A stretch of DNA of 41,254 nucleotides from Candidatus Eiseniibacteriota bacterium (GTDB taxonomy: Bacteria; ARS69). Below the pieces are notes generated by a model, which had not been told where the DNA came from, made no database searches, and was given only the letters and a program-made list of their open reading frames with translations. The stretch lies in the NCBI GenBank assembly GCA_052390515.1, contig JBQTGV010000213.1:1-41254 (forward strand). Direction: 5' to 3'. Positions within the stretch are counted from its first letter, which is position 1. Every line of letters begins with the position of its first letter. Made by a program: the position numbers and the translations under genes. Positions 27,147 through 35,369 of the stretch are shown piece after piece.

Positions 27147-27884
27147 CTATCGGCCCCGGGGGAGCGGGTAAAGGCGCTCGGCCGCGGCGACCACGAGATG
27201 GTCGAAGAGCCGCTGCTGCTCGGCGGACTCGGGCATGATCTCCGGGTGCCAGGCGACGCCGACCAGGAAGCGGCGTCCGGGCTGCTCCACCGCCTCGATC
27301 GTGCCGTCCGGAGCGGACGCGCTGGCCACCAGCCGCGGGGGAACCCGGCGGAGCCCCTGATGATGCGCGCTGTTCACCTCCACCCGGTCCGTCCCCAGGA
27401 TGGCGCGCAGCCGCGTCCCCGCCGCGACGTCGACCGCGTGGCGGGGCAGATCCGGGTACTTGCCGCCTCCGTGCCGCAGGCTCTCGGGGAGCTGCGAAGG
27501 CAGGTCCTGCCAGAGCGATCCGCCGCCGGCCACGGCGAGGAGCTGGCACCCGTAGCAGATGCCGAGCACGGGATGGTCCGTGTCGAGCAATGCCTTCGCC
27601 AGGGCGAAGTCGAAGCGGATGCGGTCCGGCGGCGCGGGGTCGTGCGTCGGCAGCGGCACCTCCCCATAGAGCGCCGGATCGATGTCCTCCCCGCCCACGA
27701 TCACGAACGCGTCGGCCACCTCCAGGAGCCGCGGCACGGACGACGGACTCTGCGGCGGGATCAGCATGGCGATCCCGCCCGCGCGCTCCACGCACTGCAC
27801 GTAGGGCGCATACACGAAGTGCATCACGCGCGACTCGACGCGGACGTCGCAGGTGAGCGCGATGAGGGGCCGGTCGGTTGCCAT
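27147..27884 (-). CDS. Gamma-glutamyl-GABA hydrolase-like class I glutamine amidotransferase (peptidase C26, PuuD-like)
   Basis: GGEDIDPALYG, PVLGICYGCQLL..AGGGSLWQD, VNSAHHQG, APDGTIEA, GVAWHPE. Confidence 0.9.
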   Translation of the reverse strand: MATDRPLIALTCDVRVESRVMHFVYAPYVQCVERAGGIAMLIPPQSPSSVPRLLEVADAFVIVGGEDIDPALYGEVPLPTHDPAPPDRIRFDFALAKALLDTDHPVLGICYGCQLLAVAGGGSLWQDLPSQLPESLRHGGGKYPDLPRHAVDVAAGTRLRAILGTDRVEVNSAHHQGLRRVPPRLVASASAPDGTIEAVEQPGRRFLVGVAWHPEIMPESAEQQRLFDHLVVAAAERLYPLPRGR

Positions 27885-27919
27885 CCTGCAAACATACGAC
27901 GGAACGATCCTCCGCGCAC

Positions 27920-27947
27920 TTGACGCTTCGCCGATCCGGCCTAGGTT
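27920..27947 (+). promoter_or_regulatory. Putative sigma70 promoter TTGACG-N16-TAGGTT
   Basis: Lies in the divergent intergenic region upstream of 28036. Confidence 0.4.
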
Positions 27948-28035
27948 GAGCCACCCGCTCCGACCGGCTCTGCCGCCTGTCACGGGCGCGGGACTTCTCC
28001 CCCAGGACTGCCCGCGGACTCCCCCGAGGAGAACC

Positions 28036-29619
28036 GTGCTCGTCGTGCTCGTCGCTGTGGCGCTGGCCGCGTCTTCCCTCGTCATCAACGAGGTGCTCTA
28101 CGATCCGGAGGGCGCCGACGGCGCTCTGGAGTTCGTGGAGATCGCGGCGACGGCGGGAACCGACCCGGACGCGTCGCTCGCCGGGTGGACTCTCGAGACG
28201 GGAAACGGAGCCCGCCCCGGCGAGTGGACGGCCGCGTGGGTGGGCGCCGCGGCGGACCGCCTGCACGCGGGGCTGTTCGTCGTGGGGGAATCCGCCGTGG
28301 AACCGAGGCCCGACGCGGTCGTGGATCTGGACCTGCAGAACGGACCGGACGCGTGCCGGCTGCGCGGGCCCTCGGGCGAGACCGACCTCGTGGGCTGGGG
28401 CGCGCCGCTCGATCCGTCGTTCTTCGAGGGCGAGGCCGCGGCGGATCCGAACGGGCTCTCGCTCGCGCGGCTGCCGGACGGATTCGACACGGACCGGAAC
28501 GCGGCGGACTTCCTGACGGCCACGCCGTCCCCCGGGGAGTTCAACGCGGCGGAGAAAGCCGTCGTCGTGGAACGGTTCGCGTCGCCGGTGGACGAGGCGG
28601 GCCACTTCGAGTGGGGCGTCCGCAACGTCGGGCGGATCGTCTCCGCGGCGCGCGTGTCCGCGGTCTGCGCGGTGCACGAGGGCGAGACGCTGGCCGCCGC
28701 CGAGAGCGCGCCGCTCTCGCCGGGAGAGCGCGCGGTGGTCACCGCAACGGCGGCGGCGCCCGCCGGGATCCACCTGCCTCGTTCCGAGCCGGCGGCGCCG
28801 GGAGCCGGCGGACCCTGGGCGGGAGCCGGCACCGATCTCGTGATCGGCGAGGTCATGAACCGGCCGCTCTCGGGCGACCCGGAGTGGATCGAGGTCGAGT
28901 CCGCGTCGCCGTGGACGATCGATCTCGGCGCTCTCGAGATCGAGGACGCGTCCGGCTCGGGCGGCGCGTTGCACGGCTCTCTCTCGCCCTTCGCCTTCGC
29001 CGTGCTGACCTCGGACTCCGCGGCCGTGGCGGCGAGGTGGAGCGTGCCGGCAACCGTGAGGGTCGTGGAAGTTTCGCCCTGGCCCGCGCTGAACCACACG
29101 TCGAGCGCGGGCGCGTCGGTGGCGGAGCGCGTCGTTCTGCTCGTGGACTCGCTCTCGTTGGAGACGGGGGCGCTTCCGACCGGCGCGCGAGAAGGAATCT
29201 CCTGGGAACGCCTGAGCCGCTGGCTCCCCGGCGAGGATCCGGCGGCTTGGTCGCTCTGCGCCGACGTGCTGGGAGGCACGCCGGGCCGCGTCAACAGCAC
29301 GAACGGGGAGCGCGGCATTCCGGCGGGCGTGGCCGGGACGCTCGCCGCGCATCCTTCGCCATTCGCTCCGGACCGGGACGGCGCCGTGCTCGTGGTGCTG
29401 CGTGCGGATGCTGTGCGCGACCGTTGCGTGATCCGCGTCTACGACTCGTGGGGAAGCCACGTGGCCGACCTCGCGCCGTGGCGCGCGGGCGGCGAGCATC
29501 GTGCCCTGTGGACCGGTCGGGACGCGGAGAACCGCGCGGCGCCGCTCGGGCTCTACGTGCTGCGCGCCGAGGCTGCCGGGATGAGGCCCGCGCGGACGAC
29601 GGTCGCGCTGGTGCGATGA
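28036..29619 (+). CDS. Secreted protein with two lamin-tail domains and a C-terminal FlgD-Ig-like domain
   Basis: GAGGAG RBS + GTG; LVINEVLYDP..EFVEI, LQNGPD, SLARLPDG.DTD.NA.DF..TPSPG; second LVIGEVM..EWIE...GTPGRVNS; C-terminal PSPFAPDRDG...VYDSWG...WTGRD....PLGLYVL. Confidence 0.85.
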   Translation: MLVVLVAVALAASSLVINEVLYDPEGADGALEFVEIAATAGTDPDASLAGWTLETGNGARPGEWTAAWVGAAADRLHAGLFVVGESAVEPRPDAVVDLDLQNGPDACRLRGPSGETDLVGWGAPLDPSFFEGEAAADPNGLSLARLPDGFDTDRNAADFLTATPSPGEFNAAEKAVVVERFASPVDEAGHFEWGVRNVGRIVSAARVSAVCAVHEGETLAAAESAPLSPGERAVVTATAAAPAGIHLPRSEPAAPGAGGPWAGAGTDLVIGEVMNRPLSGDPEWIEVESASPWTIDLGALEIEDASGSGGALHGSLSPFAFAVLTSDSAAVAARWSVPATVRVVEVSPWPALNHTSSAGASVAERVVLLVDSLSLETGALPTGAREGISWERLSRWLPGEDPAAWSLCADVLGGTPGRVNSTNGERGIPAGVAGTLAAHPSPFAPDRDGAVLVVLRADAVRDRCVIRVYDSWGSHVADLAPWRAGGEHRALWTGRDAENRAAPLGLYVLRAEAAGMRPARTTVALVR

Positions 29620-30710
29620 GGCGCGTGCGCGCCCGCCTGCCTGCCGCGGCCGCTGCGCTGTGGGCCGTGTTGCCGGCCGCGGCTCTGGCCGCGTTCGAGC
29701 GGCCCGCGCTCTCTCCGGAGTCGGACGCGGCCGGAGGGCTCGTCGCGCTCTCCGAGGATCCCGTCTTCGGGAACCCCGCCGCGGTCCGGTCGGGGCTGGA
29801 TCTGCGCGCGTCGGGGGGGCGCCCTTTCGGTCTGCCTGAGCTCACCGAAATGCAGGCCGGCGCGGCGCGCGCGGGTTCGTCCGCGGCGGTCGGCGCCGGC
29901 GTTCGGCGCTTCGGGTCCGAGTCCTACACCGAGGCCGAAGCGCGGGTCACCGGTGCCTGGACCGTCCAGGGAGCGCTGTCCGTCGGGGCGGCTCTGCGGG
30001 CGATGAGCGTGCACGGGCCGGCGTTTGCCGCTCGCCGCTCGGCCGCCCTGGATCTCGCGTTCGTCGCCCCGCTCGAGGCCGGGACCACGCTCGCCGGAGT
30101 GGTCGAGGCGGTGGCCGGCGAAGTGCCGGGCGACCCGGGCGGGGACTTTCGCAGGACGTCTCTCGGCGTCTCCCGCGACCTGGCCGGGCGGCTCGGCCTG
30201 CGGCTGGAGCTGCAGCGGCGCGAGGACCGCCCCCTCGGCGGGGCGCTCGGTCTGTGCTGGACTCCGACCCTTCCGATCGAGATCCGGGTGGGCCTCCGCG
30301 AGGACCCCTCGACGGTTTCCTGGGGCTTCACGGCCCGGATGGGAGGGGTGGCCGTCGCGGCCTCCTCCTCCCACGCCGACCCCCTCGGGCGGACCGTGCG
30401 GGTTGGGATCGCCCTCCGGTCCGAAGGCCGTCCCCCCCAGGCTGCCAAAAGATCCCAGGGGATCTTCAAGGCGAGGCCCCGGATTCCCGATTCAGAGGAG
30501 TCCGGGGGGACCGTCATGCAGGAGCCATGGCTCGACGCCGAGGAGACGGCCGCGAGTCTCCAGATCACCAAGGCCACGCTCTACAAGCTGGTGCGTGACG
30601 GGCGCGTGCCGGCGGACAAGGTGTCAGGACGGTGGCGCTTCACTCGTGACGCGATCGAAGCACTGTTCGCCGCCGTCGAGGAACCGCAGGAGGGGGAGCC
30701 GCACCGATGA
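29616..30710 (+). CDS. Outer-membrane barrel protein (PorV/FadL-like N-terminal NPA motif) reading in frame into the downstream HTH
   Basis: ATGA overlap; signal peptide; VFGNPAA, RPFGLPEL, RFGSESYTE, HADPLGRTVRVGIAL (barrel ends near 30420); no stop until 30710. Confidence 0.6.
   Translation: MRRVRARLPAAAAALWAVLPAAALAAFERPALSPESDAAGGLVALSEDPVFGNPAAVRSGLDLRASGGRPFGLPELTEMQAGAARAGSSAAVGAGVRRFGSESYTEAEARVTGAWTVQGALSVGAALRAMSVHGPAFAARRSAALDLAFVAPLEAGTTLAGVVEAVAGEVPGDPGGDFRRTSLGVSRDLAGRLGLRLELQRREDRPLGGALGLCWTPTLPIEIRVGLREDPSTVSWGFTARMGGVAVAASSSHADPLGRTVRVGIALRSEGRPPQAAKRSQGIFKARPRIPDSEESGGTVMQEPWLDAEETAASLQITKATLYKLVRDGRVPADKVSGRWRFTRDAIEALFAAVEEPQEGEPHR
30466..30493 (+). promoter_or_regulatory. 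Possible sigma28 (FliA)-like promoter TCAAG-N15-CCCGATTC
   Basis: Resembles T(A/C)AAG-N14/15-GCCGATAA and lies directly upstream of the HTH-HDOD operon. Confidence 0.3.
30516..30710 (+). CDS. Excisionase-type helix-turn-helix (HTH_17) DNA-binding protein
   Basis: WLDAEETAASLQITKATLYKLVRDGRVPADKVSGRWRF; has its own ATG with a G-rich RBS. Confidence 0.8.
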   Translation: MQEPWLDAEETAASLQITKATLYKLVRDGRVPADKVSGRWRFTRDAIEALFAAVEEPQEGEPHR

Positions 30711-31621
30711 CCGCGCCCGAACCGGCGGCCCGCGCGCCACGAGATCTCGTGCAGCTCCCGTCGAACATCGACGAGGACCAGGCGCGGCGGATCATCTCGG
30801 TGACCGGAAACCTCCCGCCCGTTCCACACGTCGCCGCGAGGACGATGGAGCTCGTCCGCAAGGATGACACCTCCGTCGCGGAGCTGCAGAAGGTCATCTC
30901 CGCCGACCAGGCGCTGACGGCCCGCATCCTCAAGATGGCCAACAGCGTGTTCTACTCCTTCGACCAGAAGATCAGCACGCTGTCCCACGCCATCGTGGTG
31001 CTCGGCTTCCGCGCGGTGCAGTCCATGGCCATCGCCGCGTCGTCGCGGAGCCTCTTCGTGAAGAAGGGCGTGCAGTTCGGCCTGAAGGAGAAGCTGCTGT
31101 GGGAGCACTCCATCGGCGCCGCCATGGGATGCCGCCAAGCCGCGCGCATGGTGGGCTTCGACAAGGAAGAGGAGGCGTTCATCGCCGGGCTGCTCCACGA
31201 CATAGGCAAGGCGGTGTTGAATCAGGCCATTCCGCGGAAGTACGGGAAGATCGTGGAGCAGGTCTACAACGAGGGCCGGACCTTCGCCGACGTGGAGACG
31301 GAGGTTCTGGGCTTCGACCACAGCCAGATCGGCGCGCTCATCGCGCAGAAGTGGAACTTCTCGTGGGACATGGTCGAGACGATCGCGTTCCACCACAGCG
31401 CCGACGCGCGGAGCACGGGAGGAAGCCTCTCGGCGATCCTCGCCGTCTCCAACGAGCTGTGCAAGCGCATGGGCATCGGGCTGCAGCGGTCGACGGACGA
31501 GTCGCCGCTGTCGTCGAACTGGGGCGCGCAGGTCCTCTCCCTGGACGAGGCGGCCTGCACGGAGATTCGCCGGGTTCTCGAGGCCGGTCTCGAGGCGGAG
31601 AAGAAGCTCTACGAGATGTGA
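30707..31621 (+). CDS. HDOD domain protein
   Basis: LPPVPHVA, ISADQALTARILKMANS, ISTLSHAIVVLGF, LWEHS, AFIAGLLHDIGK, GFDHSQIG, IAFHH. Confidence 0.93.
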   Translation: MTAPEPAARAPRDLVQLPSNIDEDQARRIISVTGNLPPVPHVAARTMELVRKDDTSVAELQKVISADQALTARILKMANSVFYSFDQKISTLSHAIVVLGFRAVQSMAIAASSRSLFVKKGVQFGLKEKLLWEHSIGAAMGCRQAARMVGFDKEEEAFIAGLLHDIGKAVLNQAIPRKYGKIVEQVYNEGRTFADVETEVLGFDHSQIGALIAQKWNFSWDMVETIAFHHSADARSTGGSLSAILAVSNELCKRMGIGLQRSTDESPLSSNWGAQVLSLDEAACTEIRRVLEAGLEAEKKLYEM

Positions 31622-31677
31622 TCACGGCCGCGACGGACCCGCGCCCCCCGCCGTCCGACGCCTATCGGGAGTAGCGC

Positions 31678-33804
31678 ATGCAGCGGGATCCGCGACGCGA
31701 CGCCCTGCGCGATGACGACGGTCCCGAGGGGCCCGATCGGACGCTGGAACTGTTCCGCGTCACCGACCGGCTCGGGGAGCTCGGCGCGCAGGACCCGGAG
31801 TCCGAGGTCTTCCTCACCGAGGTCGTGGCGGAGATCGCCCGGCGAACGTCGTCGCCCCATGCCGTGCTCTCCCTGATCGACCCCGAGACCGGCCTGCTCG
31901 AGACGAGGGCGAAGTTCGGGTTCGGAGTCGAGGCGCCCGACGGTCTCTCCGTCATCGGCGACGGCATCCACGGCTGGGTCGTGAAGATCGGCACCTCCAT
32001 GATCATCAGCAATCCCGACCAGAGCGCGGCGCTTCCCCTGCTGCCGTTCGAGAGGACCGGGTTGCTGGCCGCGCCGATCCAGGTCGGCGGAGACCGACTC
32101 GGCGCCCTCAGCGTGCTTCGCCCGAGGAGCGCGGCTCCCTACGGCGAAGAGGACATGCTGTTCCTGGCCACGGTGGGATCCCTGCTCGGCGGGATGGTCG
32201 GGCACGGGCGCGCCGCGCTGCGCGGGCAGGAGGCCATCCGCAAGGCGATCGAGTCGCTGACCATGGCGCTCGAAGCGCGGGATCCATACACCCGTGGGCA
32301 CTCGCAGCGCGTCGCCATGTACTCCCTGGCCGTGGCCAACGAGCTGGAGAGCGCCACGGCGTACTCCTTCGTGAAAGAGCTGCGCAACTCCTTGCTCATG
32401 TCCGCGCTGCTGCACGACATCGGCAAGATCGGAATCCGCGACGAGGTGCTGCTCAAACCCGGCAAGCTCACCGACGAGGAGTACGCGCTGATCAAGACCC
32501 ATCCCGAGAAGGGCGCGGAGATCGTCCGGATGATCCCCGGCTTCGACGAGAACGTGATCGCCGGGATCCTTCAGCACCACGAGCGGTGGGACGGACAGGG
32601 CTATCCGGGCGGCCTCGCCGGCGAGCAGATCCACCTGTTCGGGCGGATCATCGGCCTGGCCGACTGCTTCGACGCCATCGTCACGAGCCGGCCTTACAGC
32701 TCGGCGGCTTCATTCGGGCACGCCATGCAGCGCGTCGAGGAGCTGGCAGGCACGGCGTTCGACCCGGAAGTGGTGCGCGCAATGCTGCGCGCCCTCAAGG
32801 ACCAGAACGTGTGGGTCGAGCTGGGGCAGATCTCGCGGTCCAGACCCGACTCGGAGCCCAACCGCTTCGCCCGAGAGCGCGACAGCGTGGAGCGGACCCT
32901 GCGCCGCGTCTTCGGGCGGAACGTGAACGACCTGCCCACGCTGCCGCACGTGGTGACCCAAGTGCTGGAGAAGACGCGGGACGCCAACGCGAACCTGGAT
33001 GACATCGTCAACCTGATCTCCACCGATCAGGCGCTGGTCACGACGTACTTGAAGCTCGTGAACTCGGCGTTCTACGGGTTCAACCGGCGCATCGCCACGT
33101 TGAAGCAGGCCATCACGCTGCTCGGCTTCCGCAGCGTTCGTAACGTGGTCGTGAACGCCGGCGTGGTCGGGATCTTCCGCAAGCGCATGTTCAACAACCG
33201 CTATCGGCACAAGCTGTGGAACCACTCCGTGGCCTGCGCGGTCTCGGCGCGCGTCATCGCCGAGCGCAGCGGGTACAAGGCGAAGGAGGAGGCGTTCACC
33301 GCCGGGCTCCTGCACGACATCGGCAAGATCGTGATCGACCAGTACGCGCCCAAGGAGTCGGCGCGCATCATGGAGCTGATCGAGGGTGGCGTCGAGGCAC
33401 GGGCGGCCGAGATGCAGATCCTCTCGATCGATCACACGCGGATCGGCTCGTGGATCGCGGAGCGCTGGCAGCTGCCCAAGAGTCTCTGCGAGGTCATCGA
33501 GCACCACCACGAGCCGGAGGCGGACGCGGCGGCGGGGCACCGGGATCTCGTGCGCGTCGTCGCCGTGGCGAACACGCTGTGCCGGCTTCGCAGTTCGGAC
33601 GCTCCCGAGCGGCTGCGGCAGGACGTGGACGCCTTCGTCGCCTCACCGGCCAATGTGATGAAGTTCACCGCGCCCGAGACGATGACCGTACTCGAGGAGA
33701 TGTGGCAGGTGAAGAGCGCGGCGATGAAGACCTTCGGGCCGGGGATGGCGGGCGAGACCGTGGGGGAGATCGAGCGGGCGGAGGCGGAGAAGGGCGTGGA
33801 GTGA
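31678..33804 (+). CDS. GAF - HD-GYP - HDOD signalling protein (putative c-di-GMP phosphodiesterase)
   Basis: GAF (GIHGWV, LAAPI..G..LGAL); HD-GYP RDPYTRGHSQRV, LLHDIGK, HPEKG, HHERWDGQGYP, DCFDAIVTSRPY; C-terminal HDOD LPTLPHVV...LWNHS...GLLHDIGK. Confidence 0.92.
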   Translation: MQRDPRRDALRDDDGPEGPDRTLELFRVTDRLGELGAQDPESEVFLTEVVAEIARRTSSPHAVLSLIDPETGLLETRAKFGFGVEAPDGLSVIGDGIHGWVVKIGTSMIISNPDQSAALPLLPFERTGLLAAPIQVGGDRLGALSVLRPRSAAPYGEEDMLFLATVGSLLGGMVGHGRAALRGQEAIRKAIESLTMALEARDPYTRGHSQRVAMYSLAVANELESATAYSFVKELRNSLLMSALLHDIGKIGIRDEVLLKPGKLTDEEYALIKTHPEKGAEIVRMIPGFDENVIAGILQHHERWDGQGYPGGLAGEQIHLFGRIIGLADCFDAIVTSRPYSSAASFGHAMQRVEELAGTAFDPEVVRAMLRALKDQNVWVELGQISRSRPDSEPNRFARERDSVERTLRRVFGRNVNDLPTLPHVVTQVLEKTRDANANLDDIVNLISTDQALVTTYLKLVNSAFYGFNRRIATLKQAITLLGFRSVRNVVVNAGVVGIFRKRMFNNRYRHKLWNHSVACAVSARVIAERSGYKAKEEAFTAGLLHDIGKIVIDQYAPKESARIMELIEGGVEARAAEMQILSIDHTRIGSWIAERWQLPKSLCEVIEHHHEPEADAAAGHRDLVRVVAVANTLCRLRSSDAPERLRQDVDAFVASPANVMKFTAPETMTVLEEMWQVKSAAMKTFGPGMAGETVGEIERAEAEKGVE

Positions 33805-33820
33805 TGCGAGGTTTCTGCCC

Positions 33821-34267
33821 TTACGCTCCCTCCAGGTCCACCCGCGAGTAAGACACCGTAACTTCACCCCTCCTGTTGAGTCGAACGATGAACGGCCGCT
33901 CCTCCCTCTTGAGGAAGCGTCGAATCCGGGTTTTGGCCTTGATGAAGGCGACGGCCATCTCCTCCCCCGTCAGGTTGCCTCTCGCTAGTTGAAACACGGC
34001 CAGCTTGCACCGCACGATCGCTGCCCGCTCCACAGGTCGATCCCTGGTCCTGAGATCTTTGCTCAGCACCACGAGTCCTCTCTTGGCAGCGATTTCGAAG
34101 AGATCGACGTCCGAGAGTCCGAGCGGAATGTCCTCACCTTGCGACGTCACGCGGAAGCCACTCGACGCCAGCCTCTTGGCGACACCTTTGCCAAGAGACT
34201 CCTCGACGAGGAAGACATGCTCCTCAAGCAGCTTGTCGGGCGTGCTCGCAGCGGAGCGCTTCTTCAA
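33821..34267 (-). CDS. VapC45-like PIN-domain toxin
   Basis: FLVEESLG, LSDVDLF, VVLSKD..R.RPVERAAI, NLTGEEMA..F; overlaps the antitoxin end. Start uncertain (TTG 34267 or ATG 34288). Confidence 0.78.
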   Translation of the reverse strand: MKKRSAASTPDKLLEEHVFLVEESLGKGVAKRLASSGFRVTSQGEDIPLGLSDVDLFEIAAKRGLVVLSKDLRTRDRPVERAAIVRCKLAVFQLARGNLTGEEMAVAFIKAKTRIRRFLKREERPFIVRLNRRGEVTVSYSRVDLEGA

Positions 34268-34961
34268 TCTTGTCCACCGAGAGATCATAGTCTCGGGCGA
34301 GGGTCTGACTCGATTCGCCGGCGGCCCATCGCTCGTACACGACAGACGTCGCGATCCTAGTATTGACAATGGCGGGACGACCGAAGAGCACACGGGGATC
34401 CAGCACGACGACTTTCGGCGTGTCGGGTTTAGGGCTCGTCCAGGTGAAGGGGAAGAGCTTGCTAGCCACGCCTTGCTGATCGAATTCGACGCGCCTGAGA
34501 TACAGCTCGAGACAGTCCCGCATCGCGGTTTGGCCCCCTGCCGTCAGGTTGATCAGCTCGCCGAGCCTGTTGACAAACAGATCCACGCCTGAGGTCACGA
34601 GCTCGTGATCGATGAGGGGGTGGGCGCTGCTGGGGAACAACTCTCCCAGCACCCGAATCGCCTTCCGAATACGTTGAAGTGCGATCCCATGATCGCCACG
34701 TAACGCGTCACAGACGTGAGCTTCACATACATTGAGGAACGAGAGTAGTCTGGAGTCCGGGTCTGCGATACGGAGTACCGGCTCGAAGAACCTCGCATCT
34801 CCCTGAGACGACCTGTATCTCTGTCCCAGAGTCCACGAGCGGAGCGTCGAAACCGGAATGCCGAGGTACTTGGCCGTCTCGGCGAGGCCGTAGACCGGGA
34901 CGCTGCGTGGATCTCGACCGCCGTAGATGTCAACGCCGGTGGACTGCACCATATGCTCCAT
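34224..34961 (-). CDS. VapB45-like antitoxin (HTH + DUF433)
   Basis: PVYGLAETAKYLGIPVSTLRSW, LLSFLNVCEAHV, HP, LRRVEF, VVLDPRVLFGRPAI, AGES...LARDY.L....IEEALRCE. Confidence 0.88.
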   Translation of the reverse strand: MEHMVQSTGVDIYGGRDPRSVPVYGLAETAKYLGIPVSTLRSWTLGQRYRSSQGDARFFEPVLRIADPDSRLLSFLNVCEAHVCDALRGDHGIALQRIRKAIRVLGELFPSSAHPLIDHELVTSGVDLFVNRLGELINLTAGGQTAMRDCLELYLRRVEFDQQGVASKLFPFTWTSPKPDTPKVVVLDPRVLFGRPAIVNTRIATSVVYERWAAGESSQTLARDYDLSVDKIEEALRCEHARQAA

Positions 34962-35176
34962 TGATCGAGTTCTGGCAAAGGTCGCACAGTCAAGGGTGGG
35001 GCGCAACGTCGCGCGCGAACTCCCCTGTCGTCCTACGTACCGCAGGTCGGCTCTGCGTCAAGGCGGTTTGAGCGCCGCCGGGCGGCGTTAGCTCTTGTCC
35101 GAGCGCGGCAGGCGTTCCCCGTTCGGCCTGAGGGCCTTAGAATCCATCCCGCCCAGACCCTCCGGCGAGGTGGTGC

Positions 35177-35365
35177 ATGAAGCAGGTCGTCATCGAGAAA
35201 TCCCTCCTCCACCCATGTCGAGCCGGACCTCTACTTGCACTTCACCGGTCGGTGAGTGGGAGGATCGCGGTGAAAGTGAATCAACCACTACGGGGATGGA
35301 CTGCTGAAGGAGTTTGCGGTGTAAGAGACGGAGCCGCCGCGCGCCCCGGAGTGTCCGAGAGGTGA
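35177..35365 (+). CDS. Possible small ORF or gene fragment in the low-GC islet
   Basis: GAGGTG RBS before the ATG and TAGAAT upstream; ends 4 nt before the next gene; no recognisable domain. Confidence 0.25.
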   Translation: MKQVVIEKSLLHPCRAGPLLALHRSVSGRIAVKVNQPLRGWTAEGVCGVRDGAAARPGVSER

Positions 35366-35369
35366 CGAG

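Noticed and set aside
27070-29499. Apparent 1198-aa giant PntA fusion
   Set aside because: The upstream part overlaps the puuD-like gene out of frame and the lamin-tail gene antisense; PntA starts at 27069.
30516-30710. HTH_17 as evidence for a prophage or ICE
   Set aside because: No integrase, att site or phage genes; host-like codon usage and coupling to HDOD point to a regulator.
35000-35100. Possible integron attC site (GCGTTAGCT) in the islet
   Set aside because: No matching RYYYAAC inverse core or convincing L-box pairing, and no integrase.
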